NCBI RefSeq assembly: GCF_023055435.1
Contig: NW_025963779.1
Span: 18,600,001 to 18,664,000 of the forward strand
Reading direction: 5' to 3'
Origin: Haliotis rufescens
Lineage: Eukaryota
DNA length: 64,000 bases
Shown: positions 62,556-64,000 of the stretch, piece by piece
Layout: every line of letters begins with the position of its first letter
Position numbering within the stretch: position 1 is the stretch's first letter
Position numbers and translations under genes: made by a program
The notes under the pieces: model-generated
What the model saw: the letters and a program-made list of their open reading frames with translations, nothing else
Database searches by the model: none
What the model was told of the DNA's origin: nothing

Positions 62556-63323
62556 TGATGTGTTTCAGGCACTAACATAGGTGTTACAAACCAATACACT
62601 AATGACTGAGTCGAAGGTAACTGAAGTTGAAGGCAAACTGAAATATTTCTATTCCTTCAAATGTACAATACTGTGGTCTTGTGTGTATCCAGATTTACAC
62701 CAACGAACGATCGAGCTGATGGAGGTTCGGCCGAATAGAATGCCGTTCGAAGGATACCAATCTCAATATCTCGGCCCAAACATTTCTTTCGTAGTTCACT
62801 CAGCATAATTGATAAATGCTACTAAGTTTGATGACTCGAGGTCAGGAGGGATCCCTTTTTGAGAAAGAAGTTCCGGATCGCAAGTTTTTTCTGCAGTTAT
62901 TGTGGAATATCTTTCACAATTTTGTCAGAATCGCGGAAAATAGGATACCACACACAATTATTACAGAAACTGTTGAAAGAATGGCCTCAGAGTTTTGTGC
63001 ATTTTTTAGACTCGTGTTGATATATTTCATATCAAAAGACATTTGGGTGAGATTCTCTGTTTATCAGAACAAAGATATTTGTATTTTTCTCCACATTCTG
63101 CTACACAGGAGGGTTCAGTCGTTCCGGAATCATATGACGTCATCCACTGCAACATTGGCAGCCCTTAATAATGTTATTCAAGTCATTCAAGCATAGCTTT
63201 GTTTTTCTGTTAATTTATGTTTCAAGACGTCTAGCAGTAAATGACTACCCAAAGGGCGCTGTGTCTGGTCTGGACATACACAGGAGGAAACACACCGGGG
63301 AACAACGCCTCTCCTTATATCAG

Positions 63324-63595
63324 GACCCGTGAAGATTCTACCCGGGTAGAATAGGTCTTAAGCAACCCATACTTGCCGTAAAAGACGACTATGCTTGTCG
63401 TAAAAGGCGACTAACGGGGTCGGGTGGTCAGGCTCGCTGACTTGGTTGATACATGGCATCGATCCCAATTGCGTGGATCGATGTTCATGATATTAATCAC
63501 TGGATTGTCTGGTCCAGACTCGATTATTTACATACCGCCGTCATATAGCTGGAATATTGCTGAGTGCGGCGTTAAACAACAAACCAACCAACCAA
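63324..63595 (+). mobile_element. Family P retroposon, full length with TSD
   Basis: TSD CCTTAT(A/C)TCAG at 63313-63323 and 63596-63606; (CCAA)n tail; no tRNA A/B boxes evident. Confidence 0.85.
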
Positions 63596-64000
63596 CCTTA
63601 TCTCAGCCTCGGATCAATAAGTTATTCACCGAGAGCGGTTTACGGAATCCTGGCCACGTGAAGATTGTGTTGTTACTGTACCATATCACTTTAAACCACC
63701 TCGCTGCTATTTTCCTATTTTCATTCCTGTGTTATGGACACTTTCTTATGTTAAATACTAGTAACAGTATGAAACTGATGTATGGTCGCAAGTCCCCTGT
63801 ACCCCAAAACAACTCCCAAAGCAGCATGAAGATACGATCCGCACTGAACAGTGAACAAGCTCTCTCACACACACTGGTAGCGTTCTTATCTCCCCTTCAA
63901 TAACCTATGGTCGATAGGTGTCGCTGTTTAAGTGACTGTAATACAGTAAATATGGCGTAATAACAAAACTTCCTGTTTAGGGGGGGTGGTATTTCACCGT

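Overview
Eukaryotic (spliceosomal-intron) genomic DNA, AT-rich and repeat-dense. The SINE families and gene content suggest a mollusc, probably a gastropod such as abalone (Haliotis); this is inference. The window holds: (i) the last coding exon of a TICAM/TRAM-like TIR-domain gene (+, 50-582); (ii) a tandem array of three apparently intact 7-exon, 456-aa nicotinic acetylcholine receptor alpha-type subunit genes on the minus strand (copy A 12568-18452, B 26152-32121, C 39812-45241), where B looks like a chimera made by unequal crossing-over between A and C (recent unit about 13.5-13.7 kb); (iii) many mobile elements, including a dead Tc1, several MITEs with TSDs, four SINE-like families, two Nimb/I-clade LINE insertions with TSDs, degenerate RTE-X/L2-like LINEs and a 792-bp foldback palindrome; (iv) several minisatellites. 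The most unusual observations are these. A 63-bp in-frame VNTR multiplies the exon-2 splice donor of copies A (6 donors) and B (9 donors) but not C, and is guarded by an in-frame stop in the first unit. A foldback element appears to have been built from an asymmetric 9-bp-TSD MITE. A non-tRNA retroposon family starts with a covarying pseudoknot-like RNA head. All coordinates and alignments were read by eye; no searches were run.
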